The position numbers and the translations under genes are program-made. Of a stretch of 64,000 nucleotides of DNA, positions 62,454 through 64,000 are shown one piece after another. The notes beneath the pieces were generated by a model, which worked only from the letters and a program-made list of their open reading frames with translations, was not told the origin of the DNA and did not search any database. The number at the start of each line of letters is the position of its first letter. The first letter of the stretch is position 1. This DNA is from an uncultured Bacilli bacterium (GTDB lineage: Bacteria > Bacillota_I > Bacilli_A > RF39 > UBA660): contig CAKPFM010000004.1 in NCBI GenBank assembly GCA_934153945.1, forward strand, positions 34,469-98,468, given 5' to 3'.

Positions 62454-64000
62454 ATGAAAAGAAAAGGATTTACGTTGATTGAACTACTAGCGGTAATAGT
62501 AATATTATCGGTAATAGCGTTAATCACAACACCAATGATATTAAACATAATAGAAGAGACAAGAAAGAAAGCATCAATAGAAAGTGTAAACGGAATATTA
62601 GATGCAGCAGAGAAATATGAAATAACAAGCATGTTAGAAGGAGAAGAAACAAGAAGGTTTGAGTTTCCAAATGAGAAATTACAATATAAAGGAACAAAAC
62701 CAGAAAGTGGAACACTAATAATAGATGAAGAAGGAAATACAAGTATAACAGTATTAATAAATGGATACTGTGTAAGAAAGAGATTTAATGAAACAACACC
62801 AAGTGTAATAGAAGAAAAAAATTGTACAATAGAAGATAGTGAATTAATATATGCAGAAAGATATAAAGAAGAAATATTAAATGGAGCATATCCAGAAATA
62901 AAGAATGAATTAATACCAGTAACAATAGAAAGTAATGGAACAGTAACATATGCAGATATAAGAAAAGAATGGTATAGTTATAAAAATAAGATATGGGCAA
63001 ATGCCGTAATATTAAAAGATAATGTAACACATAGTGTAGGAGAGGTAATACCAGAAAGTGATATAAAACAATATTATGTATGGATACCAAGATATAAATA
63101 TGAATTATGGAATGTAAATGGAGAAAATAAATATCCAAATGGAACAAGTTCAGAAAGTGCGATAAATATAGTATTTGAAAGTAAAGATAAAGAAACAAGT
63201 AATGGAACTGAAAATGGAGAATGGTTAACACATCCAGCGTTTACATCATTTAATACGAATGGAATATGGGTAGGAAAATATGAAACAAGTTATGATGAAG
63301 AAACATATACAGATTCAAGTAAGTTTCTAACTACAAATCCAAATTATGCAGCAGCTACAAATGCTTCAAATATAATAATAAAACCAAATGTAAGAAGTTT
63401 AACAAACAAAAAAGTAAGTGAATTTTATACATTAGGAAGAGGAATAAATGAAGGATTAAACTCACATATGATGAAAAATAGTGAATGGGGAGCAGTATCA
63501 TATTTAACATATTCATTATTCGGAAAATGTACAGAAACAGGATGTGAAGAAGTATATCTAAATAATATCAATACAGGGTATTTAAATAGTACAGCAACAT
63601 TTACAGGACAGTGGCAATATAGCGGAAGTATAACAGGATGTAGTGCATCAAGTACTTCGGCAACTGTAAATAGTAATCAATCATCATGTTCAAGTGGCTA
63701 TGCATATAATGAAGCAAATAATAAAGCAAGTACAACAGGAAACATAAGTGGAATCTATGATATGAGTGGAGGAAACTGGGAATATGTAATGGGAGTAATA
63801 AAAGATGCATCAGGTAATCCAATGAGTGGAATAAATAGTACATACAATTCAGGATTTAATGGAACATATGGATGTCCAACATGTAATAGTGATACATCAG
63901 GATTAACAAGTTTAACAACAGGAATAAATTTTCCAACAGATACAAGATATTATGATTTATATGCACCAAACTCAACAGAGTTAGGTGATGATACATGGTA
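62454..64000 (+). CDS. Prepilin-type N-terminal domain protein, paralog 3; runs off the 3' end of the window
   Basis: MKRKG|FTLIELLAVIVIL. GAGGAG RBS. More than 515 aa. Internal motifs WLTHPAF, GIWVGKYE, EWGAVSYL, GIYDMSGGNWEY. Confidence 0.75.
   Translation, partial: MKRKGFTLIELLAVIVILSVIALITTPMILNIIEETRKKASIESVNGILDAAEKYEITSMLEGEETRRFEFPNEKLQYKGTKPESGTLIIDEEGNTSITVLINGYCVRKRFNETTPSVIEEKNCTIEDSELIYAERYKEEILNGAYPEIKNELIPVTIESNGTVTYADIRKEWYSYKNKIWANAVILKDNVTHSVGEVIPESDIKQYYVWIPRYKYELWNVNGENKYPNGTSSESAINIVFESKDKETSNGTENGEWLTHPAFTSFNTNGIWVGKYETSYDEETYTDSSKFLTTNPNYAAATNASNIIIKPNVRSLTNKKVSEFYTLGRGINEGLNSHMMKNSEWGAVSYLTYSLFGKCTETGCEEVYLNNINTGYLNSTATFTGQWQYSGSITGCSASSTSATVNSNQSSCSSGYAYNEANNKASTTGNISGIYDMSGGNWEYVMGVIKDASGNPMSGINSTYNSGFNGTYGCPTCNSDTSGLTSLTTGINFPTDTRYYDLYAPNSTELGDDTW

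Noticed and set aside
1-64000. Mollicute-type UGA=Trp recoding suggested by the extreme AT-richness
   Set aside because: Long ORFs, including the 1373-aa polC, are intact under the standard code. Trp is encoded by TGG, and TGA is used as a stop (for example by rmuC).

Overview
This window is about 64 kb of chromosome from a very AT-rich, endospore-forming low-GC Firmicute that uses the standard genetic code. Long ORFs such as the 1373-aa PolC are intact, with TGG encoding Trp and TGA acting as a stop. The gene content and local synteny look like Bacilli or Erysipelotrichia rather than Clostridia: PolC, RNA polymerase delta subunit RpoE, recU-ponA, ezrA, dnaD-nth, ywiB-like/argS and yabP-yabQ-divIC, plus the sporulation genes spoVG and a gerQ-like gene. 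Housekeeping genes present are polC (truncated at its 5' end by the window edge), rubrerythrin, argS, rpoE, rpsD, clpP, gap, parC, hup, the hrcA-grpE-dnaK-pepF-dnaJ heat-shock operon (which carries CIRCE elements), clpB, hemW and ponA. I found no rRNA, tRNA, CRISPR array, IS element or integrase. The most unusual content is a dispersed family of three very large proteins that carry a type IV prepilin-type (class III) signal, at 19216 (358 aa), 23852 (about 1417 aa) and 62454 (more than 515 aa, running off the window). The first and third share near-identical 5' ends. The first has a G10 homopolymer in its promoter, which is a candidate phase-variation switch. The second contains near-identical 621-bp tandem repeats and Cys-rich C-terminal repeats. 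The third is paired divergently with a double-HTH XRE regulator, and a 13-bp perfect inverted repeat lies between them. No pilus assembly genes are present in the window. Other noteworthy items are a holin-like ORF overlapping an M23/SH3b peptidase outside any phage context, a GrpE with a Cys/His-rich N-terminal extension, pepF inserted between dnaK and dnaJ, a ClpB lacking its N-domain that sits behind a CIRCE-overlapped promoter and a possible sRNA or leader peptide, and a hybrid histidine kinase in which both the phospho-His and the phospho-Asp are substituted.
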